NCBI GenBank assembly: GCA_000091205.1
Contig: AP006502.2
Direction: 5' to 3' (one strand)
Length of the DNA: 64,000 nucleotides
Source: Cyanidioschyzon merolae
Taxonomy: Eukaryota
Shown here piece after piece: positions 11,006 through 23,096 of this stretch. Both the position numbers and the translations under genes were made by a program. Every line of letters begins with the position of its first letter. The stretch's first letter is position 1. The notes below the pieces were generated by a model. The model had not been told where the DNA came from and made no database searches. It saw nothing but the letters and a program-made list of their open reading frames with translations.

Positions 11006-11963
11006 TCCAGTACACTTCTCGTTCGTACAGAGCGCAGTTTACACGCAGCGTGCAGTAAAAACTCTCCGTAGCGCTCGTGCTCGTGTCAGCAGCTATGGTG
11101 GTGTGCGATCGCCCTTGCAGCAGTTTCGAACCGAACACAGGTAGCAGGCTGCGCGGGTGACCAGAGCCAACTCGTCCAAGAATGCCTCGCTTTCAGCTTC
11201 GTCAGTACCTTCAACTCTATGTACTTGTCAATGAACCGCAGGAAAAAACGGCGTAGGCCCGAGATCGTTCACAGCTCGGCCCCGATCTGCGGCCGCAGCT
11301 CGAGCAAGCCGTCACCAGGCCGCGTCGCTGCGTCTATGCACCACCTATGGAGCGTGTGTCCCGAACGGCCAACTGCTGGTCGCCTTCCAACAGGATGACC
11401 CTCTATATCCAAAACCCAAGCTGATTACTCAAGAAGCGAATAGGAACACACAGCAGCTTGGATGCACCTGTTACACACAACCACCCGTTACCAATAGACC
11501 TCCAGCGAGAGAAAGCGCCGCCCATCCATAGATTGGGACACCGGCGTCGGCGTCGATGTCGCCGTCGTCGATGTCGGCGTCGACGGCCTCATCGCGATGA
11601 ATCCACCGAACACCCGACATTCGTATGGCATTGCGGTAACGTGCAGTCATCGATCGACCATAAACTGGATGGCTACTTGCGATATGTCGTCAATGACTGG
11701 TCGACTGTGGGCTTGTGATCGTTGTTCAAATGAATGAGCGCGTTCCGTAATCATGTGAGGTACATGAATACCGACGGGCAGACGCCTCCTTGCCTTGTTC
11801 GACGCGCCCTCTGCTATCGGTGTCAGCCTCTCCTTGTACACGTCGGGTCTGAGAGGGGGTGCCCCTCAAGGCTGGTATACCGCAGCTGCACAGGTCTCTG
11901 CTTCAGTAACGCACACCTCCTGATATGTATAGCAGCGTGTAAGTTTCGATTCACAAACACAGT

Positions 11964-13760
11964 GTGTTGCTTGCTTCTGATTGTGTTCACCAGTGCAAGG
12001 AGTCCTCGAACTCGTGCCCTCAGTGCCACGGCAGTCTCGTCATCGTGCCATCGGGTGAACACCTCTTTATTTCCCTTCTTCTTCTTATTTTTGGTCACTT
12101 GTGCTTCTTCGATGGCTTGTTGACAAGAAGAGGATTTATTCGTTTTTTTCCTGCAGGCGGAGATGGCGGCCTTCCAGGATCCTCCACTTGCCTGTCCATT
12201 GCTTCCCGTTGGATTTTTGTTTCTTCAAATGAACGCACTTCAGACGCATGAGCTGTAACCGCGAAAAAGTATATGATTTCGCACACCTAGGAGAGTTACC
12301 AATTGAAGGGAACGTCTAGCAACGGCAGACGGTGCCATTTCCGCACGTCCGGTAAAGGCGTCACGATTTCGCTGGACGCCACGAAGCACTGCTTCATATG
12401 ATCTTTCTACTCAGTTTTATGGAACGACTGCTGTGGTGTGTAGCAAGCCACGGAAATTACCATGCCATGTATCATGCAGGTCTTAGAAGAATTGCCTGTA
12501 GTTTCTATATTCTTAACTGAACATTGCAAGGAGGACTACATTCCTCTTCAGGTCAGTCATATCACAATACCCAGATGATTGGGGAACACTGGATGAAACA
12601 AGTAGATGCGCTCCGCGCGAAACACCGATATTCTCGAAGAGTCCTTGCGGTCAATGGTAGGACAGGATAAACACCATGTGGTAAGCGAAAGCGACGATCG
12701 CAGTCACCACGGGCGGCTGTGTTTCTCAACAACGTTTGAATATTGTCCTGAAAACTCTAGGATGCTGGCACAATACAGTGCTCGTACAATTACGGTCATC
12801 TTTCACCGAAATCGCTACGACAACGTTTCTGGAACATCGCGATCGGCATGAAGTACAGGGACGTCGGGTTGTTTTCTCAATCGATGAGACTGACTTGGGA
12901 CGAGCCAGTCGGAGTGTAAATGGGAATTCGCGGAGCATGGTGCCCGTTGTATTTACGATCGGACGCGAGGAGAAGGGTGGCATCATCTGTTCTAGGTGGA
13001 GCGGATTCATTATGCGACCTCGGATTCGCTCGCAGACATGGCTCATACAACAGCTTCGACCACTTTATCAAATCATTGAAGGCTTTTTTCCTGACGTCTC
13101 GCGCCATGCTTCCATGAAGCAACATGGCATTTGACCGGTCCCGTTGCGTTCGAGCTTTTGCCGATTCTGTCGGAATGTAGAGCCGCTTTTCATTGCTCGG
13201 TACCCGCGGTGGTTCAACTCCATCGAACACATGTTTTCTATCTTGAACCGTAATGATCGCTCCACTGGGCGAATCGCGGATGCTTCCAGAACACAGGGAC
13301 ACAACGGGGCACAGGTCGTGTTTGTTCCGCAAGCCCTTCTCGCTAGGGGCAGGTCCTCGTCGATGGTCATAACAAAGTGCGTCCATTCGAAGACAAAAAG
13401 ATCCAAGGGAAACTTTTGGTGATGCACGTCGGGGATCGTGGAAGCCTGGTGGCTCCAGGATCTACAAAGAAACGAACATATCCTCTTCTCTCCGAACAAG
13501 GAGCGAAGAGGAAGAGCACGGAAGATGGCGGAGGAGTCTGCCTGACGGGACGCCAACGGGACTGTCGAGACACAGAGGGAACGAGTTCGAGCAATCCTTG
13601 CATTGGAGCGTTCAATCATCGGCAAAAATCGCATGGAGTTCGTGAACCGAGACTTATATGCCTCCGCCTCTATCGGGCGACGTGCGGTGCCGAGGACGAG
13701 ACCCAGGTAGCTGACACGATCCGACTTTATGGGACAACCTCCCAGGATCGAACTGTACAA
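11964..13760. mobile_element. Degenerate transposon-like repeat locus with inverted internal duplications and TnpB/Fanzor-like ORF fragments
   Basis: The ORF 11964-12251(+) ('RRGFIRFFPAGGDGGLPGSSTCLSIASRWIFVSSNERT') and ORF 13367-13615(-) ('RRGYVRFFVDPGATRLPRSPTCITKSFPWIFLSSNGRT') are inverted, diverged copies of the same segment. ORF 12736-13134(+) is homologous to ORF 56513-56947(-). ORF 13068-13760(-) begins 'YSSILGGCPIKSDRVSYLG', matching 'YNSILGGCPAKLALANSGG' at 62880-63224(+). The region is AT-richer than the flanking genes. Confidence 0.35.
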
Positions 13761-15380
13761 TGAGAAACTGAAGCCGACGGCAGTCGGCCGGTCGACAATG
13801 GCGGGAAGGCGTCTGCGCGTGGGTATGTGTATTTACTCTCCATATTCGGAAATTGCTGTTCGCTTCACTGACGTGTATTGCGTTCATGCCAGCCATGTGC
13901 TGTTCTAGACTGAGTTAATGATCAAAACTATGTGGATGTATCGAAGCAGTGCCTGAAGCGTACTCGAATTCTAAGGTTCGGACAAGGCGCTCCGACGCAC
14001 ACACAGCGCGCTAATAGATTCATGTCCATCGGGAGAAGCACTGCATCAGACCGATGGCGTGCTCGTCTTTTGAAACCATACTTTGGGATGCAGGTTGCGG
14101 CGCATCTAGATATCTTGAAGCTCGTAACTGCCGGACAGACAGAAAAACGCATCATTCCAAGGGATTGCTCAAGCATGTCTTGCATCGCTGGATCAGGTTC
14201 GGATGCCTGGCAGTGCTTCAACATCTGGGCTCGATCGAAACCGAAAGTCTTCGTACAAGGAGCCAAAATCCCTTTTCTGCTGACTTGCAGCATTTCCGTA
14301 TTCGAAATACTCGAACTGGATGTACTGATTCTTCACGTAAATGATTACTGACGGGGTCCATGCAGATTTTCGGCTTTTCTCACGTCCATTCTACAAGAAT
14401 ATCTTTGCGTTTCCATGGACTGCAAAAAGGCGAGCCTGCGTCTTCGCATTCTATCGATAGTGAGGAAATTGGCGACAGAAAACAAACCCCTACGAAACGT
14501 TGCTGCTGTCACGAGACACTTTGAGCCTGCACGCCGCATATTCCAGGAACGGAATAGGTGCCTGTTGCTCCGAGCACATACCAGGCTGCGGCGGTGGCGT
14601 TGTACTGACACCATGCACCAGTTGACAGTCGCATGTGGTAATTTTCCGGCTCCGGCGAGAGATCGGTTGCAACCCAGAGGCCAATGGAATTGTTGCCAGA
14701 GGATCATGTCGAGATTGGGTAGACCCGTGGTATTCGGATTTGTTCATCGATCATCATCGTTCGTGACACGATCGACAGAGTGCATCCACGGACAACAAGG
14801 CAGGCAATTCGGATGACATGCGCTCGACCACTGGCTATGAAATCATTTGGTGCTTAGCTGTGAACGAGCATGGCGGTGAGTCTTCAAATCGAGGGTTGTT
14901 TAGGTGTGCAATACGGGTCAATGTGCCGGGCGCGTTCCGGGCAAGAGAGATCCGCGTCCACCATCAAGTCACTGGACGTATCCAGTTGCCCGATCAATAA
15001 CGTTCTGCTTATCGATGATGACGTCGTCATTGAAGACCAGACACAGGCGCGGAAGAACCGAGGATACTCACCTGGTCCCGATCGACAGTGTATCGCGTCC
15101 ACGTCACTGAGACGACAACAAGTTCCAGCCGCTACTGCCCAGGAAATGGCGCATGCTCTGGTCCTCCTCATTTCAGGATGGACGGGTTTCACGCCAGATG
15201 CGCTGGGCGCAGAAAAGCACGGGCCGTGATCTTCGCGTGCGCTTCTGGTAAACCGAGCAGGCCTCGTTGACATTAGTAGCGGCTGCACAGCCGTCTGCGT
15301 TTCATTTGGAGTGCCATCCAATCGGAGCATCGTCAAGGACGCCGGCCCCGAGTGTGCCGCGTACTCGCCAGTGATTGATT

Positions 15381-16502
15381 TCATTCATCATCACACGAGG
15401 AGATGGCATGCTGCGGTGGTGCCTGCTCGTGACTGCGCAGCTCACGCAGTACGGCATCAAGCTGCTCTCGAAAGTGTCGCAGGCGCTGGCGTAGGCGCGT
15501 GTTCGCCTGAGCATTGGCGACGCAAGCGCGTCGCCAAGCGTCCGATTCAGAACGTAATCGAGTGATTTCCGCTCGCAAGCGCTGCAACTCCTCGCTAGCC
15601 TCCGTACTGCGACGGGCTGCTTGTGATTTAGGGTATGCGGTGTCGACACGAGACGGGCTGGCGCATCGAGTGGCGATTTTCGTATCTAGGGCGATGTTCG
15701 AGAATCTTGTTCCTCGTCTCCGATGTTGGTCGTCTCCCAACGACTGTGACTGTATCAAAGCACCGGACGATGTTCCATTGCGTATCTTAGGCACCGAACC
15801 GCGCGGAAGCCGAACCTGCGGCTGCCGTATCCGACTCGTCACCGGCGATAGGTCATCGGACTGCGCTCGGTTTACGAAACTCGACTCGGACCTGGAAGAC
15901 GAATTCGCTCGGCTTCCGTTGCGGCCATTCTGGAATCCGATGCCTGCTTCAGACGGATCACAAGGCTGCTTCCATTCAAAATACGACGGCGTCTCATCGA
16001 CGAGGCTCATATGAAGACCGCTTTGGATGCCTTCGAGCATGCGCTCCAATGGCGGGGTCCATGCTTCCGGATCCGTAGCTGACACTCGAGACATGTCCGC
16101 AGCAGCTTTGGTGTTTCCTTCGGTCGATAAGCACAGCACGTCTCGACTGGTAGACGAGGCGGCGCGGGTCCGGGCTCCGCCTCCTCGCGCAAGCCACGGA
16201 GTCCCATATGCTTGTTTCGAAGCAGCAGCAGCAGCAGCAGCAGCTGGTGTTGCGACAGACCGACTTTGTCTCAGCGCAAAGCTCCCCGGCACAACGACCT
16301 GTTCGTCGGAACGCGACCCCTCCGCCTCTTTCGGGCTGCTCGCTTCACCTGCCCGGCTGTCGAACAAGCCCGGCGTTCTGGACGTGCCATCTACCTGACG
16401 ACAGCGCCCGCGTTCTTTCGAAAATGTGAGCCTCCGAGCGACGTCCTCCATGAGGATCACGATATCTCGAGTACGTCCGCTTGGTTTAAGCGTGACGCCC
16501 AC
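15381..16502 (-). CDS. Hypothetical protein with polyA tract and C-terminal coiled-coil
   Basis: 373-aa ORF. The C-terminal 'EELQRLRAEITRLRSESDAWRRA...RLRQRLRHFREQLDAVLRELRS' has a heptad-like character, and a (GCA)8 tract at ~16221-16245 on the opposite strand encodes the AAAAAAA run. Confidence 0.3.
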   Translation of the reverse strand: MGVTLKPSGRTRDIVILMEDVARRLTFSKERGRCRQVDGTSRTPGLFDSRAGEASSPKEAEGSRSDEQVVVPGSFALRQSRSVATPAAAAAAAASKQAYGTPWLARGGGARTRAASSTSRDVLCLSTEGNTKAAADMSRVSATDPEAWTPPLERMLEGIQSGLHMSLVDETPSYFEWKQPCDPSEAGIGFQNGRNGSRANSSSRSESSFVNRAQSDDLSPVTSRIRQPQVRLPRGSVPKIRNGTSSGALIQSQSLGDDQHRRRGTRFSNIALDTKIATRCASPSRVDTAYPKSQAARRSTEASEELQRLRAEITRLRSESDAWRRACVANAQANTRLRQRLRHFREQLDAVLRELRSHEQAPPQHAISSCDDE

Positions 16503-18198
16503 ACGCTACCCAGAGGATACAAACAGCGTTGGCAGCGGAAGGGCCTCAGATTCCAGCGCAGTTGCGCGCCGTGCTCGGATTCGGAACCTCCACCGTCGCT
16601 GTCGCTCCACTGGGCGAATCGCTGCGTGCGTTCGCGCCAACGCGGACACGTGTCCTACACGCGATCGATTGCGCACGCATAGAGGGAATGCTGCTGTTGC
16701 ATCGCGTGTTGATGGCTGATGATCGACTCCAGACTGCGCGATGCATACTGGGAAAGCACCTGTGATGCCGCAGCCGACCTCCATGATCGATGAGCAATAC
16801 GTCCTGCCCGATGCACTGGTTGTTTCGTGCGTTCCATTGGGTGCCGAGTGTCTGCGGGGCGTTCCCGCGATAACGCCCTACAGCACCGGTGAGGAACGCG
16901 ATCCAGTGGCAAACGCAGCGCGCAGCAACGACGTTCGCAAGCATATGGCCGGGCATCGTTTCGTTTGCACGTGGCGCGCACAGCGTTACTGCATGGGGCC
17001 TGCGCGCCATCCCGTAATGGAGGCGCTCGTCTCAGGAGGTACCCAGTGTCAATAAGCACACATGGGGCGAGGTGTCCGCAGGCGGCATCTGTGCATCTGT
17101 GAGCGTGTTGTGGCAGGGGATTTGGGTTAGACGAACGCGTTCTGGAATAGATGGCGAGGGTTCCTTTATCCGGTATCTTGTCCCGACATATTCCCTGATC
17201 TGCTGGTTGCACATTCGATGCATTCATGCTGCATAGCGATCAGCTCAACGGTACTAGCATGCGTTCGAGGCGGCTAATCAACGCTCCATGTCGACAGAGG
17301 TTCGCTGAAAATGTGCGTTGATCTCCATCGGGACGCACCCGAGGTGATCTCCTCACCATATCACATCGATGATCCTGTCCATAAAAACCATCAGTGTGCG
17401 CGAGTGGATCTCTAAATGAGCGCTGATTCTGCACGAGAAGGTGTTCGTCCACGGTCTGCAGTGAAGTGCCTGCAACGGCTTGGCGCACTCACGGCGTGCA
17501 AGCTGACCAGCACGCTGCGCGCTTCCGCCGCTTTCTCCAAAACGAGCTGCGTCCGGGCGACTGTGAGCCCCGTAACGGAAAGTGCCCTCTGTGCGCAGCT
17601 GGTCGACCATCGCCCGCATGACAACGCTTTGGATAACCCTGGACACTGCACGTGAACGAAACATCGCCACCAGGGTCTATGCTGCACTACCGAAAATACT
17701 CGATCATACAAGCAGATGCACTGCTTAGGATAGGATCCGTCTGCTCGTGAAGGTAACGGTGCCCGCACAGAGCTGTTGCGGCTTGTATCCCACGACAGAC
17801 TGGCGCGATTGCCTCATCGTCCGATGAATTTTCGGTGAATACCTGAACACGAAACTCATCGCCGCATACTCCCTGCAATTTCTATGCAGAGCGTACACGT
17901 ATGCATCTCAGTAGGCTGTCGCATCGGCCTTGGTCTCTATCTCGCCCAGCAAAACATGAGCTCCGCTTCCCTACCGAGCCTTTCGGGGGTAACGGTGCGC
18001 GCGCGCTAAGCCACACATTGTGGCGCCGCGAATCGTGGCGCTGCGGCCTCCGCCCGCATCACCCGCGCAACGGGCACACGCTGCGCACCATTCGCGTACC
18101 CGAGCTGAACACCTATCGGGTATGTCTGGCGTAAGCGGGTGTGGTACCTCAGCCTGATGCAACGGAACCTCAGCACCAACAGAACATGATTTGGAGTA

Positions 18199-19596
18199 AT
18201 GTTGATATTTTTGACTCCGGTAGAATGCATTTACGAGCGTCCAGCACCAACGTACCGAAACAAGGCCTTTACAACACCCGAAGTGCGCGTACCGCATCGC
18301 GAGCGACTGCATCGCGTTCGGCGTCGAGCACTGACCCCAGTGCGGGTGCCTGGGGTTGTCGCAATTGCCTCGGACGCCAACGAAGGATCTACTCCTTCCG
18401 ATGAACCCTGGTGGCGAGAACGCGCGAGGTTAGTGGTATCGAGACAGTCTCAGGCGACCGGAGACGCACCGACAAGTCGCCGGAGGTTTCTCCAAGCGCT
18501 CGTGCTGGCCTTGGTTGGTTTCGTTGCGGGTAGCCTTGGCAAAAGCGCTTCTTCAGGAAAAGCAGGGACGCAAGCGCAAGCAGTTACTTTGGCTCCGACA
18601 CCTATAAATCCGTATGCCCGCCGTCGTCAGAAGAAGCAGTACGAGAAATACCTCGAGATACAGAAAGCGCTCATTGAGCGCAATCGACTACGTCGCAAGT
18701 ATTCACGAAAGCCGCCTATAGATACGGATGCGCTTCCGTATTCCCTGTCAGCATTGAGTGCCTTTGTGGCTTCAGCAATCAGTACATTCATTGTACATCC
18801 TATTGACACGATCAAGACGCGGCTGCAGATGCGCGGAGCCTCGTGCCCGCTCCCGCCGAATCAGCTGTACCGAGGCGTTGTGTCCAATGTCTGGAAGGAG
18901 GCACCGAACGCAGCGATCTACCTAGGCGTCTATGAAGCCTTCAAGGATATATTCTTGCGAACACCAGTTCTGGGATCTTATCCAATGCTTTGCTTTCTGC
19001 TGGCCGGCGGGCTCGGGGATGCCATCGGTAGCGTCGTGCGGGTTCCGGCGGAGATTCTGAACAAGCGTTTGCAACTCGGTCTGAGCGCGACGCTAAGTGA
19101 TGCATGGCGCGAAGTGTTTTGCGATCCAAACAACCGGGAGGTTGTGAAAGTCACCTGGATGGCTGTGCTGGCGCGCGACGTTCCCTACGGTGCCTTGCAG
19201 ATCGCTTTCTATGAGCAACTGAAAATCCTGGTGTTGGTTCATCATGCAATGGGAGCGCAGAGCGCGAAGGGGCTCTTTCTTGATGCGTTACTGGGAGCGA
19301 TTGCGGGTTGTGCAGCCGCCTTCCTTACGACGCCAGCGGATGTTATCGTGACGAGGCTGGCGTCACAGTACCCCCAGTCGTACATAGATACACGGCGTTT
19401 TATGGGCGTTTTGGGTACCGCACGGCGCATCGTCGAGATGGATGGCTGGCGGGGCTTCTTCTCCGGATCCCTTCAGCGAGCCGCCTACTATGCGCCGCTG
19501 ATCGGCCTCTTCTTCTTCCTCTATGAGACGTGTCGCTATGTTGCGCTCCATCCAGAGACGGTGTCGCAGCTTGTCACCTCATACTTACCGTTATAA
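18199..19596 (+). CDS. Mitochondrial carrier family (SLC25) protein, S-adenosylmethionine-carrier-like, with a ~180-aa N-terminal extension
   Basis: Three carrier repeats with signature motifs: 'VHPIDTIKTRLQ', 'RVPAEILNKRLQ' and 'TTPADVIVTRL'. Repeat 1 closely matches SAM carrier 'P(I/L)DT(I/L)KTRLQ'. The long N-terminal extension could be a targeting sequence. Confidence 0.8.
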   Translation: MLIFLTPVECIYERPAPTYRNKAFTTPEVRVPHRERLHRVRRRALTPVRVPGVVAIASDANEGSTPSDEPWWRERARLVVSRQSQATGDAPTSRRRFLQALVLALVGFVAGSLGKSASSGKAGTQAQAVTLAPTPINPYARRRQKKQYEKYLEIQKALIERNRLRRKYSRKPPIDTDALPYSLSALSAFVASAISTFIVHPIDTIKTRLQMRGASCPLPPNQLYRGVVSNVWKEAPNAAIYLGVYEAFKDIFLRTPVLGSYPMLCFLLAGGLGDAIGSVVRVPAEILNKRLQLGLSATLSDAWREVFCDPNNREVVKVTWMAVLARDVPYGALQIAFYEQLKILVLVHHAMGAQSAKGLFLDALLGAIAGCAAAFLTTPADVIVTRLASQYPQSYIDTRRFMGVLGTARRIVEMDGWRGFFSGSLQRAAYYAPLIGLFFFLYETCRYVALHPETVSQLVTSYLPL

Positions 19597-19990
19597 GCAG
19601 CGAGCGTGTGCGAACGACGGTGTGATGGATGAGGAGGATTTCGCGAGTGCCGTGTTACACTGTGCTGTTCGACGATTCGGGGCATGGCAGGTCGCTTCAG
19701 ACCGTTCAGGCGAGCTGCTGCCGTCCGACGCCCTGCAGCACACACTGTGTAGGGTGACTCTACGGTCCAGCGTGTTTTTTCGATACGAACACGCTCGAGG
19801 ACAGCAGCAGACTCGCCGTAGTGGATTCGCTCGGGAAATAGCGTGACTCTCGTCAGGTGTATGCCTGTAAAAAGATTGTTAGCTGCAGGATACGAGTTTC
19901 CATTGCCGTTCTGGAAACGCGCAGCTTCCTCAACAGCAGACACCGGGCACGAAGTTTCTCGTCGATATCGCTTTCGAGCGAGCAGGAGCA

Positions 19991-20656
19991 TTGCGGACGA
20001 AGCAAATGGTCGTTTTCGATCTGTCGTGGACACTGGTCCAGGCGGATAGCTTCGAGCTCCTCTGCCAGGCGGCTGCAGTGGATGCGGATGCAGTCGCGGA
20101 AGTGCGTCGTTGTCACTCGCTCGGATCCGACGACGACTTGCGAGCGTGTGCTGCGCTCCTTCGCGGTCGATCGAGCACTGGCTTAGCAGAAAGACTACAC
20201 GCGCTTATCGAATATACCGATGGAGCCGCTTCGGTCTGTCGCGTACTGAAGAAACTCGGCTACCGAACGACGGTGTTGTCGCCGGGGCGCTCGTTCTTGC
20301 GAGAGCTTGTGAAAGCAGACCTCGGTATTGATTTCGTTGCGGCCAATCGTCATGAAATGGACAGCAATGAGCATTTCACCGGAGCGATCTTGGAGCTTCT
20401 CGTCAACGGAGAGCGGAAAGCAGAGCTGCTGACCATGCTGGCGATGCGCGAGCAGCTCAGCCCGCAGCAGATCATTGCGGTAGGTGACGGGCCAGTGTCC
20501 GCCAAAATGCTTGACTCGGCGGGTCCATCCATCGCCTTTGGAGCACCAGCGGCTCGGGACGGCACCAATATCGGCGGCAAGATTCAGAGCAAGAGTCTCA
20601 CCTGCATCTGGTTCCTGATGGGTATCCACGAGCGCGATCTACGGTCATTTTCATGA
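19991..20656 (+). CDS. Phosphoserine-phosphatase (SerB)-like HAD-superfamily protein with substituted catalytic motifs
   Basis: It aligns to SerB: 'VVFDLSWTLVQADSFELL...VAEVRRCHSLGSDDDLRACAALLRG' against 'ICFDMDSTLIQ.E.IDE...VAEVTERAMRGELDFTASLRSR'. Motif IV 'IAVGDGPVSAKMLDSAGPSIAFGA' aligns to 'AIGDGANDLPMIKAAGLGIAYHA'. Motif I is DLSWT rather than DxDST, and motif IV is GDGPVS rather than GDGAND. Confidence 0.65.
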   Translation: MRTKQMVVFDLSWTLVQADSFELLCQAAAVDADAVAEVRRCHSLGSDDDLRACAALLRGRSSTGLAERLHALIEYTDGAASVCRVLKKLGYRTTVLSPGRSFLRELVKADLGIDFVAANRHEMDSNEHFTGAILELLVNGERKAELLTMLAMREQLSPQQIIAVGDGPVSAKMLDSAGPSIAFGAPAARDGTNIGGKIQSKSLTCIWFLMGIHERDLRSFS

Positions 20657-21007
20657 ATAGAGTCACGTTTGCACTTGTTGACGACCGAGCGCGCTTTGCG
20701 TCACCATTGTCGATGATGCCGCTTTCTGAGACCAAATGGTGGCTCATTCTACGAATTCGCCGAAACAATACCGTGATGCGTTGCAAGCAGGCGCTCTTCA
20801 TCGCGTTTGCCATGGCATGCCGCTTCCTCGCTGCGCAGTCGATGCGTCGCCTGCGGAGCAAAATCGCCGACAAGCGCGCTCCAGTACTGGTCGTGCAAAG
20901 CAGTCTGAGTGTTGGACCTTTGATACCTTCCAATCTGTTCGGAACGTTGGCAGGTCTTTCGAAGGCTAGACTATGAAGGAGTAAACGTCGTAGCGTCGTC
21001 GGATCGC

Positions 21008-22372
21008 ATGCGGTGCCTGTGCTGGACGAATGCGCTTGATCCACTGTACCGGCTGGCTGGACGGCAGGCGTTGCGGCTGCGCGGGCACCAGTCCTGGTGG
21101 CGTTACCAACACTGTATGCTTCACCAACGAGCACAAGCATGTACTGGTGCGGAGCGCTCTGCCCAGTGGTCGCTGATACGGTCTGCTCAGAACGCGAAAC
21201 TCAAGTTGTTGCGACAAATCCTGCGCAAGGGTAGCTTGGTGCTCGACTCGCCGAGCGCCTCGTCATCGCTGGGGAGCAGCGCGCCAGACCGCCGGTTTCT
21301 ACAGCTTGTGAAAGAGCGCGAGTCAGAAAACAGCTATACGGCAGCCTTAGCGGAGCGCTGCTTGCGACCACAGCTGTTTGTTGTAGAAGGGGCGCGATTA
21401 TTGCAGGACGCACTGGATGTGCACTGGGCTCCTGAGTTCATTATTTGCTCAGCTGATGCTGTGCAGGGGCTGTGGCGTCGTCACCCGCAGCTCATGGGAA
21501 AAATTTCGACCGACGGGCTTTTGCAGCAACGCACCTTTGTGTGCGAGACGGAACTGCCTACTGAAACAGTCCACTCGCAGGGTATTGTGGGGGTGTTTCA
21601 ACGGAAATGGCTGCCATGGGATCAGCAGCGAACGCTAGTGCTCTTTCTTGATGGCGTCCAGGACCCGGGTAATCTTGGGACGATCCTTCGCTCGGCATGT
21701 GCAGCTGGGTGCCGCACGCTCCTGCTCAGTGATCAATGCGTTGATGCCTGGAGTTCGAAGGTCGTGCGGGCAGGTATGGGTGCTCATTTCCGCCAGTGTA
21801 TCGTTGATAAGGTTTCGCTGGAGCATCTGGAGTGCCTGCTCGACTTGTTGGTCATGGTGCCGGGAACCGATGCACCCTGTTGTGCATCCCGCGAAGCACA
21901 CAGCGCAGCGGAGGTCAAAGAGGCCGGTCTGAAGCCGCCCGCATCGGATCGGGGACACAATTTGAGCCGCATTCACCACCACGGGCAACGATATCGATTC
22001 GTCATTGCTCATCCAAAAAAAGTACCGGGGCTTGCTCATTTCTCCTACGATGATGATGCAATCTGGTTGAGAGCATCCAATTTAGATGCGAAGAAAACTA
22101 GAGCAACGGGTACAGCAGGGAAAATACCGCCTCATCGAGACATCAGGACACCCACGCTAGATATCCTGGTGATTGGAAACGAAGCACATGGCCCGAGTGC
22201 TGCAATTTTCGATTTCGCCCAGAGCGTAACCGGTTCATGTACAGTGGCTATTCCTCTCGACTCGGGCGTTGAGTCCTTGAACGCTGCTGCTGCTGCATCA
22301 ATTCTTCTTTTCGAAGCCCGCAGGCAGCGTCAAAAGTTCGAGGAATCCACGGGCGCTGCAGAGACCCTCTAA
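21008..22372 (+). CDS. SpoU/TrmH-family RNA 2'-O-ribose methyltransferase with N-terminal extension and an internal low-complexity insert
   Basis: SPOUT motifs: 'LVLFLDGVQDPGNLGTILRSACAAG' (motif 1), 'LVIGNEAHGPS' (motif 2) and 'VAIPLDSGVESLNAAAAASILLFE' (motif 3). The ~200-aa N-terminal region has no similarity I recognise. Confidence 0.8.
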   Translation: MRCLCWTNALDPLYRLAGRQALRLRGHQSWWRYQHCMLHQRAQACTGAERSAQWSLIRSAQNAKLKLLRQILRKGSLVLDSPSASSSLGSSAPDRRFLQLVKERESENSYTAALAERCLRPQLFVVEGARLLQDALDVHWAPEFIICSADAVQGLWRRHPQLMGKISTDGLLQQRTFVCETELPTETVHSQGIVGVFQRKWLPWDQQRTLVLFLDGVQDPGNLGTILRSACAAGCRTLLLSDQCVDAWSSKVVRAGMGAHFRQCIVDKVSLEHLECLLDLLVMVPGTDAPCCASREAHSAAEVKEAGLKPPASDRGHNLSRIHHHGQRYRFVIAHPKKVPGLAHFSYDDDAIWLRASNLDAKKTRATGTAGKIPPHRDIRTPTLDILVIGNEAHGPSAAIFDFAQSVTGSCTVAIPLDSGVESLNAAAAASILLFEARRQRQKFEESTGAAETL

Positions 22373-23096
22373 AGATGCTGTTTCATGATGAATTTTGCGT
22401 ACTGAAGCATCGCATCGCTCATTGCTCGTGCGTCCAGGGTCGATAAAAGTGGCCGCCGCCGATGCCGCTTGCATCATGTTCCCAGCGTAACCACAACTGA
22501 GAAGGGCATGCTGCAGTACCTTCACCTTTTGGTCCATGGCTCGCAAGGCCTCGAACTCGTCTGCCTAGACTGTCCGAACCTGAAATGTGGGCACGAAACA
22601 GGCAAAGGTCATGGCTGGCCTCCGACACGGCATTCCACCCGTTGCATGCAGGGCGGCCATGCAGGATTCTACACCAGGCTGCACTGTTCATTGCCGCTGC
22701 ATGAATAAGTGTCGGTTGCTATTCCCTGCTGGTGCTGTTCGCATTCGCGTTTGCACCAGGAGTACCTGGCACTCGCGAAGTAGCGCAAAAATCACGGATT
22801 TCCGAGAGCGTGACCCCAAAATACACAGCGGCTCGTTGAAGTGCAACTGCAGGGGACACGTTGATCCGTGGAAGTTGCACGAATCTACTGTTCAGGAGCA
22901 TCGTGACAAGTTTCGGCAATGGTCGAGCGGAACGTGTCACCTTGGCACTGTGTCCCTCTTGTACATTTAGGTATAGAAATGTAGGGAATACGGGGCAGAA
23001 CATAGCACGCGCGCCCTCGAAGCATCTTGGATGCGTATCGCCCGAGTCAGCCGCAGCTTCAGAGCAGCCGTGCTATAGACGCTCCTACGTAGCTTA

